This document shows positions 1 to 11,399 of a stretch of DNA of 64,000 nucleotides, piece by piece. The DNA lies in the NCBI GenBank assembly GCA_024346625.1, contig AP024665.1, forward strand, positions 372,001-436,000, in the 5' to 3' direction. This DNA is from Williopsis jadinii. Lineage: Eukaryota. The position numbers and the translations under genes were made by a program. Below the pieces are notes generated by a model, which was not told where the DNA came from, searched no databases, and was given only the letters and a program-made list of their open reading frames with translations. Numbering within the stretch: the first letter of the stretch is position 1; the number at the start of each line of letters is the position of its first letter.

Positions 1-2753
1 CTCTGCCCATAAGAGGATCTTCCGCCCCATGAAGAATGCCCACCATTTCCTCCCCATGCACTCTGACCACCTGTAGCTCCCCACGAACTTCCACTCCCAG
101 GACGGCCAGAAGCAGATGCACCGCTACCAGGGTTCGAATTTCCCCATGAACTTGAGTTACCTCCACTGGCACTGTTACCCCATGATGAGTTTCTTCCACC
201 CCAGGCAGTTCCACTTCCAGTGGCAGCTCCAGATCCACCCCAAGCAGTACCAGAACCACCCCAAGATGTACCAGAACCACCCCAGGCAGTTCCAGATCCA
301 CCGTATGAAGTGCTACCACCAGCAGTTCCAGATCCCCAAGCTGGCGTCTTACCACCATTTGAAACTGATCCCTGTGACGAATGAGATGGTCCAGATGCAC
401 TGGAAAAGCTTGGTGCAGCAGCGTTGAATCTTGGTCTCTCATTGATGAATTCTTCGTATGGAACAAGTCTCCCACTTTTATCCACAAATGCCAATTTGTG
501 TTTCGAAATGGACAAGATCTTGTTCTTTGTATGTAGCTCAACTCTGGCAATGTCATCATTGGTATCTTTGACAATACCACGATAACCCTTGTACTCTCCA
601 AGTCTGACAGAAACATTTTGGTTTAAGCAACGGTCACGACCAGTTTGTCTTGCAACTGGTAGACGTGGTGGAGCCATTTGTCCACCTGTTCTGAATTTTG
701 GATTCATCTTAGTCAAGTCGATAGTTTGCTTTTTCTCTGTGATATTCATCTTGGAGGCAACATTGGACACACTCATGTTATCTGTAACGAAAACACCGGA
801 GTTCTCTGCAGTTTCTTTTGAGTAAACAAAAACATACGATCTGTAAATGTGCAAAACAACGCCTTGTCTTTTGAATCCAGAATTTTCTCTGACAACGTCG
901 TCAACTTTGATGGATTCACCATTGGAGTCAGTTGCAAACTGGTTCGCTCTTGAAATCTGAACCTTGGATGTGATCGAAGTTGGTGGAAGCGACATCACTC
1001 TACCATCTTGGGCTAATACAGTGAATACATCCTTGTCTGCTCTGATGATGGTACCAACTGTTGATGCATTGATTTGAACCAGATCGTGGAGGCCATATTT
1101 TCCATCCACAAGGGTGGAAGAATCATCAGATTTTGTCAAGTGGTTGGCGAAAACGGTAACATCCTTATGTGATTGATCGGAGATAAATGTTACCTGATCT
1201 TCGTTGATGGAGACAACAATACCTGTATGACCGGCATGTTTACCTTTAAGAACACTGACATGATCACCCTCTGCAAAGATCTTTCTCAAGTTACCCAATG
1301 GGAACTCCAATACTGTTCCTGTCATACCTTGTGGTTTCACAGTGGCAATATCATTGTTCGCAGAAACGACATCACCCTGAAGGCCTTGTTGTTCACCTGT
1401 GAGAACCTGTACCCTATCACCACTGTTGAACACAATTGCATTGGACTGTTTCAAAGACTGTGCAATTGAAGTCAAATCTAAATCTTCAGAGTCACCAGTA
1501 TTGAATTTTGAAATTTCTTCAAGAGATGGTTGCACATTCTGAGTCTCCAAATGTTGTAACTTAAACAATTTGAACAAGAAACCATCAATGTACTCCTCTC
1601 CTCTGAAATTGAAGTTATTGCTCGATCTAGCAATTAAACTTTGGGGATCGAATTCCAATGCATCTTTCTTACTAAACAGTCTCTGTGGTGGTCTGAACTT
1701 TGAAGTTGCCCTTTTACGCTTACCATTTTCATCAACTTCTGAACCTTTGTAGTCGATTCTTGGAACAATTTGAAGTGTGACTTCCAAGCCATTCTCCTCA
1801 ATCGCATCAACCATGGCCAAATCACCTTTATACTTACCTCTTTTGATTCTGACATATGAGCCAGGTGTCAATTTGATCTCTGTTGATTTGCTTGGTCTTA
1901 ACAAATCTGGAAACTCTTCGACAGGAACAAGCACTTTGTTGTTTGCATAGATATCAGGGACACCTCTGATAGCGACATCTACAGCAGCAAGCTTCTCTGC
2001 CTCGATATAGATATATCCTGTGAAGTTATCTCTTTGGAATACAGAGAGAATCTTCAGTGCATTTGGTTTCCCCTCCAACGTTAGCTTCTTCTTTAACAGT
2101 TTCTTAACGATATCACGTTCTTGACCAGGTCTACATCTCACAGCCCAGATACTAGGATCTTCAATGGATGGCAACAAAAATCTTTGCGACACTTGACCAG
2201 AGTTGTCGCCTCTGTATTTGGTTCTTCCGTATCTTTCCTTGAACTCTTCCGCCAATCTCTGAGCATCCTCTTCGGTGTTCTTTTCACGGGAACGATCAAT
2301 TTGTCTGTGCAATCTGTCATCTCTCGATTGGGGTTCGTTATCATGTTCGTGATCTGCAGCGATGAAACCTTCTTTTGTGAGGTCATCCTCGTCCTCTTCC
2401 TCATCATCATCATCATCTGAAACCTCAGCCTCCACATCCAAGAACTGGTTTCTATCACGACGGGATCTCTTACGAGACCTAACCTTATCCTCCTCCTCGT
2501 CTTCTTCGTCTTCGTCTTCGTCTTCATCGTCGTCGTCGTCATTGTCCTCGTTGTTGTTGGTTTCATCTCTTTCGTCATCTTGATTATCCTTGTTGATGTC
2601 TTCGTCCTCGTCTTGTTCAAAGACACCGTCTTCATCGCTAATCACATCCTTCCCCTGGTCTTCAGCGTCATCCTGATCATCCACAGTGGCGCTCTCCAGG
2701 TTTTGGAGATCCTCGTTGGCCTGATCATGTTCATATTCAAGCTCCTCGCTCAT
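1..2753 (-). CDS. SPT5: Transcription elongation factor Spt5 (3' end runs off the window)
   Basis: Manual minus-strand translation from ATG 2753 (MSEELEYEHDQ...) gives an acidic N-terminus, NGN-region LLPSIEDPSIWAVRCRPGQE, KOW-type region and C-terminal S/T-A-W-G-G repeats. Absent from the ORF track because no stop lies in the window. Confidence 0.96.
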   Translation of the reverse strand, partial: MSEELEYEHDQANEDLQNLESATVDDQDDAEDQGKDVISDEDGVFEQDEDEDINKDNQDDERDETNNNEDNDDDDDEDEDEDEEDEEEDKVRSRKRSRRDRNQFLDVEAEVSDDDDDEEEDEDDLTKEGFIAADHEHDNEPQSRDDRLHRQIDRSREKNTEEDAQRLAEEFKERYGRTKYRGDNSGQVSQRFLLPSIEDPSIWAVRCRPGQERDIVKKLLKKKLTLEGKPNALKILSVFQRDNFTGYIYIEAEKLAAVDVAIRGVPDIYANNKVLVPVEEFPDLLRPSKSTEIKLTPGSYVRIKRGKYKGDLAMVDAIEENGLEVTLQIVPRIDYKGSEVDENGKRKRATSKFRPPQRLFSKKDALEFDPQSLIARSSNNFNFRGEEYIDGFLFKLFKLQHLETQNVQPSLEEISKFNTGDSEDLDLTSIAQSLKQSNAIVFNSGDRVQVLTGEQQGLQGDVVSANNDIATVKPQGMTGTVLEFPLGNLRKIFAEGDHVSVLKGKHAGHTGIVVSINEDQVTFISDQSHKDVTVFANHLTKSDDSSTLVDGKYGLHDLVQINASTVGTIIRADKDVFTVLAQDGRVMSLPPTSITSKVQISRANQFATDSNGESIKVDDVVRENSGFKRQGVVLHIYRSYVFVYSKETAENSGVFVTDNMSVSNVASKMNITEKKQTIDLTKMNPKFRTGGQMAPPRLPVARQTGRDRCLNQNVSVRLGEYKGYRGIVKDTNDDIARVELHTKNKILSISKHKLAFVDKSGRLVPYEEFINERPRFNAAAPSFSSASGPSHSSQGSVSNGGKTPAWGSGTAGGSTSYGGSGTAWGGSGTSWGGSGTAWGGSGAATGSGTAWGGRNSSWGNSASGGNSSSWGNSNPGSGASASGRPGSGSSWGATGGQSAWGGNGGHSSWGGRSSYGQ
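8..350 (-). repeat. Coding repeat: Spt5 C-terminal region (CTR)
   Basis: Translates to GGKTPAWG...GTAWGGSGTSWGGSGTAWGG...SSWG...SAWGG...SSWGG; 18-bp DNA period around 220-300. Confidence 0.9.
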
Positions 2754-3045
2754 TGTGATTTGTTCCTGCTGCTGTGTTGATTTCCCCCTGTTGGGTTTTA
2801 TGCTGAGCTGAACTGAATCTGATTGCAATGGTGAGCTCTTCGCCGTTGTTGTCGTTTTCTCGAACGGCGGACAACGTTCTCTCTGAAAACAAAAAACCAC
2901 AAAAACCTACAAAAAAATTCGCGGTATTCACTGTGAGTTTCGAGGGTCGTTCCCCCGAATTTGGGGCGTTGGTGCATTAATACCCAGAGGTCGAGGGTAT
3001 ATTACTTCAGTGATGCTTTTATAACTAGAGTGAATTATTGGAAGA

Positions 3046-3633
3046 ATGGTTAGTGATACGTTCGATTAACTCATTGAGAGCTACGTACTGATATGAGAAA
3101 AACAGGCTAAGAAATACATAACGAAAAAGTCGATTGGCGAGTTCACGCAATTCAGTAATGTACCTGAAGAATACGAGGAAGAGATACTGGAGACATACGC
3201 ATCAATAACAGAAGGGGGAACAGATCTGTGTGTCGGCGATTTACCAAAGTTCTTTCATAGTCTACGTATACCTAGAGAGTTTGTAATTGGGAACGCAAGA
3301 CTTGTACCCAAGGAATTGGCCGTGGAAGGAACAACTCACGTTGATTTCACAAAGCTGATGACTGTATCATGCCAGTTGCTTTCATTTAGAGATAATAGGC
3401 GGATTATAGAGGAGACCTGGAATCAATTGGCCAACTCAGTTGGTCATGGACATGTATCTACATTGAACCTTGATGATCTGAAAGTCTTAAACAAGGATTT
3501 GAAAACTGGAATGTCAGATACGCTCTTGTTAGATATGCTCGTTGTTGCTACTGAAGGGAAGGGAGTTTCGGTGTCAATGGTGGATTTTGCCTACATCCTA
3601 GGTAAATTGGGCCAACTTACAATACCCAAATGA
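3046..3633 (+). CDS. RAD33: Nucleotide excision repair protein Rad33; exons 3046-3048 and 3106-3633 (176 aa)
   Basis: ATG|GTTAGT...TACTGAT...AACAG|GCT. The spliced product (VPEEYEEEILETYA...DLPKFF...EGTTHVDFTKL...DFAYILGKLG) resembles yeast Rad33 as recalled. It lies between SPT5 and ERV25, as in S. cerevisiae. Confidence 0.9.
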
Positions 3634-3757
3634 GAACTGGCCTCTTTGATTCCTAATTGGTTTCCCTGTCCTTGTTTGAAATGTTTTTTTTTTCTCTCTC
3701 TTTTATTGCAAGATGATATTAACTGATGAACAAGAAAATGAACGTAAGAGGGAATAA

Positions 3758-4393
3758 TTAAATGATGTGTTTGGCCTTGAAGTAGTTACGCAAGTAAGTA
3801 AGCTGCCATGCACCGAGCGCAATCAATGCAATGATTATTGCCACGGAGAAGTTTCTCACCCTTCTGTTCGTAGACTCGTTTGTGTCTCTCAATCTCTCCT
3901 CTCTGGCCTTCAAGTACTCCAGCTCGCCAACGATCTCATCGGTAAGCTCTTCAATTTTTCTCAACTCCAACTCAACAGGTTTAAGCTTCTCAGCAGCCTG
4001 GATGGCATTCCAGTCTCTAGCAGCAGAACCGGCCTCAATGTCCAATTCAATCTCTCTGGATAGCGATTTGCCTTTTCTAACAAGAACGTTTTGGAAACAA
4101 ACGTCAAATGCTGCAGAAGCGTGTGCTGTGAATGCCACCCTGAGGTCACCTGCAAAGTCCTTCTTGTTTCTGTACTCATTTCCAACACTATCTCTGATAA
4201 ACATATTCAACTTTTGACCATCGCCGGAAGAACCAGACGAGTGCACACTAACAACAACCAATTGACCCTCGGTGACAAAATCACGTATACACGTTGGTGC
4301 TCTTGTGGCCTCGACAGCTTCGACCTCAAAGTGCAATGCCCTAACAGACAGCACAAATGAAACCAAACAAACAATGACGGAGTAGAATCTCAT
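3758..4393 (-). CDS. ERV25: p24 family cargo receptor Erv25
   Basis: Signal peptide, GOLD domain, KLKPVELEL coiled coil, RDTNESTN, C-terminal TM and YFKAKHII tail. Confidence 0.95.
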   Translation of the reverse strand: MRFYSVIVCLVSFVLSVRALHFEVEAVEATRAPTCIRDFVTEGQLVVVSVHSSGSSGDGQKLNMFIRDSVGNEYRNKKDFAGDLRVAFTAHASAAFDVCFQNVLVRKGKSLSREIELDIEAGSAARDWNAIQAAEKLKPVELELRKIEELTDEIVGELEYLKAREERLRDTNESTNRRVRNFSVAIIIALIALGAWQLTYLRNYFKAKHII

Positions 4394-4775
4394 GGCTCGT
4401 GAAAGTTTCCTTTTCTCTCAAGTCACTTCTTGAACCGTAAAACAGTAGGATGAAACCAAAAAAACAAAGCTTCAACAGTGTGCGATCAAGTTGTTCTTGA
4501 CGTGTTCTTCGCAGTCTTTTTTTTCCCTCGCTCTGGGATCGAGAATAATGGTATGCGCAACATTGCGTCCTTAGCACGCATCGCGCTCGCGTCGAGGAGC
4601 TCTAAAAAAAACTGACGCGTGTCTCGGAAATCTCGCTAGTGAATCCCATACATCGTTGTATACAGCAGGGGCGTAATTGGAGATCTATGATGGCTTTTTT
4701 TTCATTTTTATATAGCAACACTCTAAATAAAACACTATGTACATATGTAAGGGAAGTATTCAAGGTGTAAACGGA

Positions 4776-7730
4776 TTAAACACCCAGATCGACAACTTTC
4801 CAGTCCTCTGCGACACTCTCGGAGTTGCCCACTACGGCAGTGCTGTATTCTTGGCCAATGAGATACTTCTCCGCAGCCTCCTTAACGTCGTAGACATCAA
4901 CGTCAAGTAATTGCTCTCTTCTCTTCTGTCTCATCTCCTCTGTGATTCCTTCTCTGAATAAGGTATTTCCTTCAGACTTGACACTAATTGGGGCATCAAG
5001 GCCTTGGAAAATGGTGAGTTTTGCCTCTTCGAGGTCTCTGTCGGACCATTTGTTCTCAACGGCAAACTCGCCAGCCTTTTGGAACGTGTCCAAACTCTTC
5101 AAAGAGTTAGGATCACGGTAAGAGTAATAACTGAATAACCCATCTGCACCGTTGTAGGTGGCACCGCCTCCATATGCACCTCCTTTCTCACGAACTTCAC
5201 GGTGTAAGAACTTGAAGGTTAACAAGTTCGACAGCACCTGTAGCTTAGCACCATCTTCGTGTGTGTAAGGAACACCACGGAAGACACTGGATGCGTAGCC
5301 CACTTGGAACGGTAGTTTGATAAAAGATTTCTTACTCTCATTCAATGGATGGTTCTTCACCAATGGCGCATTTGGCGTGGCACTGGATGGAAGCTTACCC
5401 ACAAAGGACGAGATCAGCTTCTCGTTGTTTGAAATGGACTCCTCATCAGAGATCAACGAGAAGCGTAATCTGTTCGTGTTCACCAAATATTGTTGTAATT
5501 CAACAAGTTTGTCGATAATTTCAGATTGGAATGTAGCATCGTCTTGCATCCAAGTATTCAACTTGTTTAAGAACTGGAGTTGTTCAATACCGCTAATGGA
5601 CTCAGAGATGGCTTTTGTAGTCGAAATCGCTGCTCCAGCATAGTTTCTAGCATAACTGTGACCGCTATCAGCAACACTGCCGATGTTGTTCGAAGACAAG
5701 ATTCTGATCAGAGTTGCCAATTTCTCCTTGTTATTGAAATTAGTATTCAACAACAAGTTCTCCCATAATTCATAGATGTGAGATGCGTTTTGGTTAAGGG
5801 AGACACCACTAAAATTGAAGGACACCCTTGGAGAAAGATCGATTGGAGATGAATGAACACTAACAGATGACGACAACCCACCGGTGTAAAGTTTGATCTT
5901 ATCCTCAATGTCGGCCATGGATTGTGTTTCAGTGCCCAAGTTTGTCAACGCGTCAGTGAATAATGATAGGTATGGGTATAATTCATAAGGAATCTGAATA
6001 TCCCTTGAAGCCCTCAAATATGTTAACCCGTTGGTATCCGTGATTCTTCTTTGCACAGAAGATCCATCAATGTCGCTGAATGAAACCTGTTTAAATGTTG
6101 CTTGTCTATCAATATCTGCAACCTTCAATGTAGGTAAAACACTTAGATCTTCAACCTCTGCTTGCTTAGCGGCAAGATGTTTACCTCTTTCAAAGATGAC
6201 GTCTTTATCTTCTGGGGTTAGTACATCAACGTGTGACTTCAACCTCTGGTCCTCTTCAGCCTTTACATCAGCCTCGTAGGTCTCACTAGGTTCCATAACA
6301 AACTTGAAGGTAGGTTTGTCGATGAAGTACTTCTTGATGAGGTTTTGGAAGAGATCACCCTTCTTGTACTCAGATCTGAACTGTGAGATAATATCATCCC
6401 AGGCTAAAATATCGAAGGTGTCAACTTTGTTAACCCATCCTGGTAAAAGGCCATAAAGCAGTGTCATTCCAAAGTCCGACTTTTGGTCTTTCTTACCCAG
6501 TTCTATCTGTTGAATTATAGCCTCAATCTTCTTGTCTTCAAAGGGCAATTCTGCGTAGTCTGTAAACACTTTCTTGACAGCTTGTTCAAGGGCCTCAACA
6601 GATGTCAGTCCTTGTAACCCTACTGTAAACATATTGACAGCAGTTGTTGATTCCATACCAGTATTCACAGTAAAATCGTCGCCAAGCTCTGACTCTATGA
6701 GCGCTTGGTACAATGGAGAACTATGGCCATCCATCAACAGGTTAGAGAGTAACTTCAAGCAGAAGGTCTCATAGACGTTGGAAGGCTCACCACATTTCCA
6801 AGTAAGAGACGCCTTTAGCTGCTTCTCTGGAGGCGCCATTGGATCAACAGGCCCTTTAAAAACAACCGTCTTATCCTCAATGAGCGGAATTGGTTCCTTG
6901 ACAATATTCTTGATCGCTCTCTTGCCGAATCCCACAAACTCCTTATCAAGTTGATTCAGTGTATCAGTCAACGGGAAAGACCCATATGTGAATGTCTTAG
7001 CATTTGATGGATGGTAATTTTTGGAGTGGAAGTCGATCAGGTCTTCGTAACTAAGCGACGTCATCTTTGTAGGGTCACCACCAGAATTGTTCAACGATGG
7101 ATAAAACGCCTCTTGGAATTTGATCCAGTAAAGGTATGACGAATTGGACACTTGGCCCTTCATTTCGTTATAAACCACACCTTTGAATGTCAACTCAGAG
7201 GTTTTGTCCTCCACGTTCTCGTTCTCCAGTCTCCAACCCTCTTGAAAGAAATCCTCCTCCTTCAGCAGTGGGTTGAATGTGGCATCGAGATAAACGCTTC
7301 TCAAGTTCTCGAAATCCTTGAAGTTCGTGGTGGAGAATGGGAAGAACGTATAGTCATGTCCTGTCATTGCATTCATGAAGTTTGAGAGAGATCTGTTGAG
7401 CATCTTGAAGAAAGGATCTCTCACTGGGTACTTCACTGAACCACAAAGCGTTGTATGCTCCAATATATGTGGCACTCCAGTAGCATTAGGTGGATTTGTC
7501 TTGAATCCAATGGAGAATACATTGTTCGGATCATCACGGTCAATATGCAGATGGTTGGAACCTGTTCTCAAGTGGGTAAGGTCAACAGCAGTGAGCGATA
7601 GTTCCGGAACTGGTAACACTCTTGTTATCTCGTACCCATGGATGTTCTGTCCAATGGGGTATTTCCTCAACACCTTTGCCTGGTTATAAGAAGAGGCTCT
7701 TCTGATAAACTGTGTGGAAGCTTTAATCAT
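4776..7730 (-). CDS. CYM1: Mitochondrial presequence protease (M16C metalloprotease)
   Basis: GVPHILEHTTLCGS (inverted zincin HxxEH), REKGGAYGGG. First in-frame ATG at 7730 (MIKASTQFIRR, presequence-like). Confidence 0.95.
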   Translation of the reverse strand: MIKASTQFIRRASSYNQAKVLRKYPIGQNIHGYEITRVLPVPELSLTAVDLTHLRTGSNHLHIDRDDPNNVFSIGFKTNPPNATGVPHILEHTTLCGSVKYPVRDPFFKMLNRSLSNFMNAMTGHDYTFFPFSTTNFKDFENLRSVYLDATFNPLLKEEDFFQEGWRLENENVEDKTSELTFKGVVYNEMKGQVSNSSYLYWIKFQEAFYPSLNNSGGDPTKMTSLSYEDLIDFHSKNYHPSNAKTFTYGSFPLTDTLNQLDKEFVGFGKRAIKNIVKEPIPLIEDKTVVFKGPVDPMAPPEKQLKASLTWKCGEPSNVYETFCLKLLSNLLMDGHSSPLYQALIESELGDDFTVNTGMESTTAVNMFTVGLQGLTSVEALEQAVKKVFTDYAELPFEDKKIEAIIQQIELGKKDQKSDFGMTLLYGLLPGWVNKVDTFDILAWDDIISQFRSEYKKGDLFQNLIKKYFIDKPTFKFVMEPSETYEADVKAEEDQRLKSHVDVLTPEDKDVIFERGKHLAAKQAEVEDLSVLPTLKVADIDRQATFKQVSFSDIDGSSVQRRITDTNGLTYLRASRDIQIPYELYPYLSLFTDALTNLGTETQSMADIEDKIKLYTGGLSSSVSVHSSPIDLSPRVSFNFSGVSLNQNASHIYELWENLLLNTNFNNKEKLATLIRILSSNNIGSVADSGHSYARNYAGAAISTTKAISESISGIEQLQFLNKLNTWMQDDATFQSEIIDKLVELQQYLVNTNRLRFSLISDEESISNNEKLISSFVGKLPSSATPNAPLVKNHPLNESKKSFIKLPFQVGYASSVFRGVPYTHEDGAKLQVLSNLLTFKFLHREVREKGGAYGGGATYNGADGLFSYYSYRDPNSLKSLDTFQKAGEFAVENKWSDRDLEEAKLTIFQGLDAPISVKSEGNTLFREGITEEMRQKRREQLLDVDVYDVKEAAEKYLIGQEYSTAVVGNSESVAEDWKVVDLGV

Positions 7731-8012
7731 CTCACAGCAAGCACTTGTCTTGATCAACGTCCACGAGTCTATCTTGCAAGTTTCCAAATGGTGAGACTCA
7801 GCAAAAGCTGGTTACTATTTTGTTTGCCTCTTCGAATGACGGGCCAAACCTGCAGCTCGACATGGAATGGTGTTCGGGTGTAACAGAAGAGACAACGACG
7901 GCCCTGTTAGGCTGAAGGAATTTGTTATGTTTATGTCTTGTCCGTGATTAATTAGAAGGCTGCACTACGCTATATATTGCCTTTTATAATTCATGAATAT
8001 ATTCAAATGTAA

Positions 8013-8825
8013 CTAAGTCTGGTCTGACTGGACCATTGTGGATGTACTCACCACTAGTGTGAAGATACAAGTCTGCATGGTGAATAGTGTCAGTACCATA
8101 CCTTCAAGGTTAAGGGGTTGATGAATTGGTGTACTTACGGCAAAGACAAGAAATACCAGTAGAGAAATACTTCCTCGTGCTGGGGCAAATCGATCGTGCT
8201 TCATGAGCTCTTGTGTTCTGAAAAACCTGAATACACCCATCACCACACATAGGATGCCAATCAGAATGAAGATTGCTAGATCAATGTCAGTACCAATGTC
8301 TTTCCTTGTAAGGCTTAGTGTGTAGACTTACATCCAATTGCGTCACCAAACTTCGCTATAGATACGTTTTTATCCGTCTCTCTTGCTAGCTTGAATAGTT
8401 GTGTAACTCCTACCCCTGCAGAAACCAAAGCGAGAGACGTTCTAATCCACGACAAAAAGGTTCTTTCACTCGCCATCTAGTACTCAGTCATTAGTTAGTG
8501 GCCATAGCCTGATACCAAATGTCTCGAGAGTACTCACATGATCTCTCGCAACGGAACCATTGTTCTCCAGGAGCTCACTTCCATATTCACTGATCCCCCA
8601 AAGATTCCACCATCCATTTCTTTGCAGTGCCCTCGCTTCAAAGCCCTGTGTTTGCTTCAACGATGCTATAGACTGTGGTGGTATTATCGAAATGTTATCA
8701 TCTATGTCAGGCACATCCTCGAATCGTTGTCGTATCAATGCAGAGTCATGAATCTCCTCTGCATATTCACGGTCCGCTTCGTTCACCTCTAGAAATGGAT
8801 CAGGTCTGTTTGTTGGAGATGCCAT
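8013..8825 (-). CDS. DUF202/YidH-like small membrane protein; exons 8825-8538, 8476-8332, 8275-8139, 8072-8013 (209 aa)
   Basis: Splicing joins GSVARDH|MASERTFLSWIRTSLALVSAGVGVTQLF (DUF202 signature) to further hydrophobic segments. Introns at 8477-8537, 8276-8331 and 8073-8138 each have GT(G/A)AGT, a branch site and YAG. Confidence 0.85.
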
Positions 8826-9261
8826 GAGATTTCAACTAGGTGTTGTAGTAAATGCACTAGACTAGATACCGTTGTAGTCTGGGAGAGCAGTGTACTGGGA
8901 GTATATCCCTGAACTTGGGAACATGTCAGAATTGTATTTGGAGTATAATGGATTATATACAGTCTCCCCTGACTGGTGATACAAGCCACACTTTACTAGG
9001 AATACAGCGCCACAATTCACTGTTTTCGTAACAAACAAGAAAGCATACACACATCTACAATGTTAGCACTTCAAGTAGCAAGAACAATTTATTAAAAAAT
9101 GCAGCAGTATACACACACTAAACAGGTATAGAAACCACATCAGGTGCATAGTAACAAACGTTTTAAGGGTGAATCAGAGTATAGAAAGATTCATAACCTC
9201 TCATGATTTTTGTATATATCTTGAAGGAAAAACAACGGTCTATGAAATGCTTGTTTTTCAA

Positions 9262-11283
9262 TCAGAGTTCATCGTGGAAGTAGTCATCATCATCCTCATC
9301 ATCAGCATCATCATCACCGAATTCGTCTGCACCAGCAGCTCCGTACAATTTAGAGGTGATTGGTTGAGCAATCTTACTTAAACTTTCATACTTCTCGTCA
9401 AATTCTTCAGCAGAAGCTTCGTCATTGTCATCCAACCATTCCAAGACATCGCTAACAGCATCTGACAAAGTTTCCTTGTCATCCTCATCAAGCTTACCAC
9501 CGAGACTGCTCTCGTCGTTAAGCTGGTTCTTCAATGCAGAGGCGTAGTTCTCTAGTTTAACCTTAGCTTCAATCTTGTTCTTGAAAGCGGCATCTTGAGC
9601 AGCATACTTCTCAGCATCTTCAACCATACGGTCAATCTCATCCTGAGACAATCTACCACGTTCATTCTTGATCGTGATGGACTCAGCCTTACCAGTACCC
9701 TTATCAACAGCTGAAACAGTGATCAAACCGTTGGCATCGAGACCAAAAGTAACTTCAATTTGTGGAACACCTCTTGGAGCAGCTGGAATGTTGGTCAATT
9801 CGAACTTACCCAATAAGTTGTTATCCTTGGCCATAGCTCTTTCACCCTCGTAGACTTGAATCAAGACAGTTGGTTGGTTGTCAACAGCTGTTGAGAAGAT
9901 CTGAGACTTCTTTGTTGGAATTGGAGTGTTTCTCTTGATCAAAGCGGTCATGACACCACCAGAGGTCTCAATACCCAAGGTCAATGGGTTGACATCCAAA
10001 AGAACAATGTCATCGACACCCTCTTCACCGGACAAGACACCAGCTTGGACAGCAGCACCGTATGCAACAGCCTCATCTGGGTTGATAGACTTGGAAACCT
10101 TCTTTCCGTCAAAGTAGGACTCTAACAGCTCTTGGATCTTTGGAATACGGGTTGAACCACCGACAAGGACAACATCGTCAACCTCAGACTTCTTAACACC
10201 GGCATCCTTCAAAACCTGTTCAACAGGCTTCAAGGTCTTCTTGAACAAGTTGATGTTAAGTTCTTCGAATTTAGCTCTGGTCAAAGTTTCAGAGAAGTCA
10301 ATACCATCAACGAAAGAGTCAATCTCAACTCTGGTGGAGATTTGAGAGGACAATGTTCTCTTTGCCTTTTCAACTTCACGTTTCAACTTTGCAGTGGCCT
10401 TTGTGTTTTCACTGATGTCGATGTTATGCTTCTTCTTGAACACCTTTTGCAAGTGACGAACAACTCTAAAGTCGAAATCCTCACCACCCAAGTGGGTATC
10501 ACCAGAAGTTGCGAGAACTTCAAAGACACCATTTTCAATGGACAAGAGGGAGACATCGAAGGTACCACCACCCAAGTCGTAAACGATGATTTGATGTTCA
10601 CCGTCATCCTTGTCCAAACCGTAAGCAATAGCTGCTGCGGTTGGTTCGTTGACAATTCTCAGAACGTTCAAACCAGCAATTGCACCGGCATCCTTAGTTG
10701 CTTGTTTTTGAGCGTCGTTGAAGTAAGCTGGGACTGTAACGACTGCGTGGGTAACTGGCTTACCCAAGTAATCCTCAGCGATTTGCTTCATCTTACCCAA
10801 GATCATGGCGGAGATTTCCTCTGGTGTGAACACCTTGTCCTCGCCTCCAAACTCAACTTCGACGGCAGGTTGGCCGTTTCTGTCGACAACTTTGTATGGC
10901 AAGTGCTTGAGTTCCTTTTGAACCGTAGAGTCAGAGTACTTCAAACCAATCAATCTCTTGATGTCAAAGACTGTGTTTTTAGGGTTGGCGGCGGCCTGGT
11001 TCTTAGCGGCGTCACCGATCAATCTCTCCTCGTTGGTGAACGCAACGTACGAAGGTGTGATTCTGTTACCTTGCTCGTTCGCAAGGATCTCCGTTTTACC
11101 GTTTCTCATAACAGCAACACATGAATACGTGGTACCCAAATCAATACCAATCACGGTACCGTAGTTCTCCGTGTCATTTTCTGGGGCGGCAACTGCAAAT
11201 GAGCTCGACTGGAACAATGGCCCCAATACTAGCACAAGTGCATAGAAGAGCACAGCAGGGAATATAACTCTGTTCTTCAACAT
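9262..11283 (-). CDS. KAR2: ER Hsp70 chaperone BiP
   Basis: Signal peptide, GIDLGTTYS, Hsp70 motifs throughout, C-terminal HDEL. Confidence 0.99.
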   Translation of the reverse strand: MLKNRVIFPAVLFYALVLVLGPLFQSSSFAVAAPENDTENYGTVIGIDLGTTYSCVAVMRNGKTEILANEQGNRITPSYVAFTNEERLIGDAAKNQAAANPKNTVFDIKRLIGLKYSDSTVQKELKHLPYKVVDRNGQPAVEVEFGGEDKVFTPEEISAMILGKMKQIAEDYLGKPVTHAVVTVPAYFNDAQKQATKDAGAIAGLNVLRIVNEPTAAAIAYGLDKDDGEHQIIVYDLGGGTFDVSLLSIENGVFEVLATSGDTHLGGEDFDFRVVRHLQKVFKKKHNIDISENTKATAKLKREVEKAKRTLSSQISTRVEIDSFVDGIDFSETLTRAKFEELNINLFKKTLKPVEQVLKDAGVKKSEVDDVVLVGGSTRIPKIQELLESYFDGKKVSKSINPDEAVAYGAAVQAGVLSGEEGVDDIVLLDVNPLTLGIETSGGVMTALIKRNTPIPTKKSQIFSTAVDNQPTVLIQVYEGERAMAKDNNLLGKFELTNIPAAPRGVPQIEVTFGLDANGLITVSAVDKGTGKAESITIKNERGRLSQDEIDRMVEDAEKYAAQDAAFKNKIEAKVKLENYASALKNQLNDESSLGGKLDEDDKETLSDAVSDVLEWLDDNDEASAEEFDEKYESLSKIAQPITSKLYGAAGADEFGDDDADDEDDDDYFHDEL

Positions 11284-11399
11284 CCTTATTATTTGTTTAT
11301 CTTTCGCCTTCTCTTCCCTCTGAGTTAAAACGTGTATAAAGAAAACAAGTTGGACAAAAATGTAGTGTTTTTTTTTTGTTTGGGAATCTCGGTAGTAAA

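Noticed and set aside
116..427. His/Gln/Pro repetitive ORF on the plus strand
   Set aside because: Antisense reading of the Spt5 CTR repeats.
2121..2780. Poly-Ser, poly-Thr/Lys and Ile-rich ORFs
   Set aside because: Alternative frames of the Asp/Glu-rich Spt5 N-terminus.
2950..3000. Two small inverted repeats (CCCC..GGGG; ATACCC..GGGTAT) in the SPT5/RAD33 spacer
   Set aside because: Stems of 4-6 bp are expected by chance; no tRNA A/B boxes.
7900..8051. Possible fourth intron in the DUF202 gene (GTGAGT at 8051)
   Set aside because: No convincing branch site or acceptor at the usual distance; the frame closes normally at 8013.
10342..11124. 260-aa ORF antisense to KAR2
   Set aside because: Long antisense frames are a known by-product of codon bias in Hsp70 genes; it starts at TTG and has no recognisable domain.
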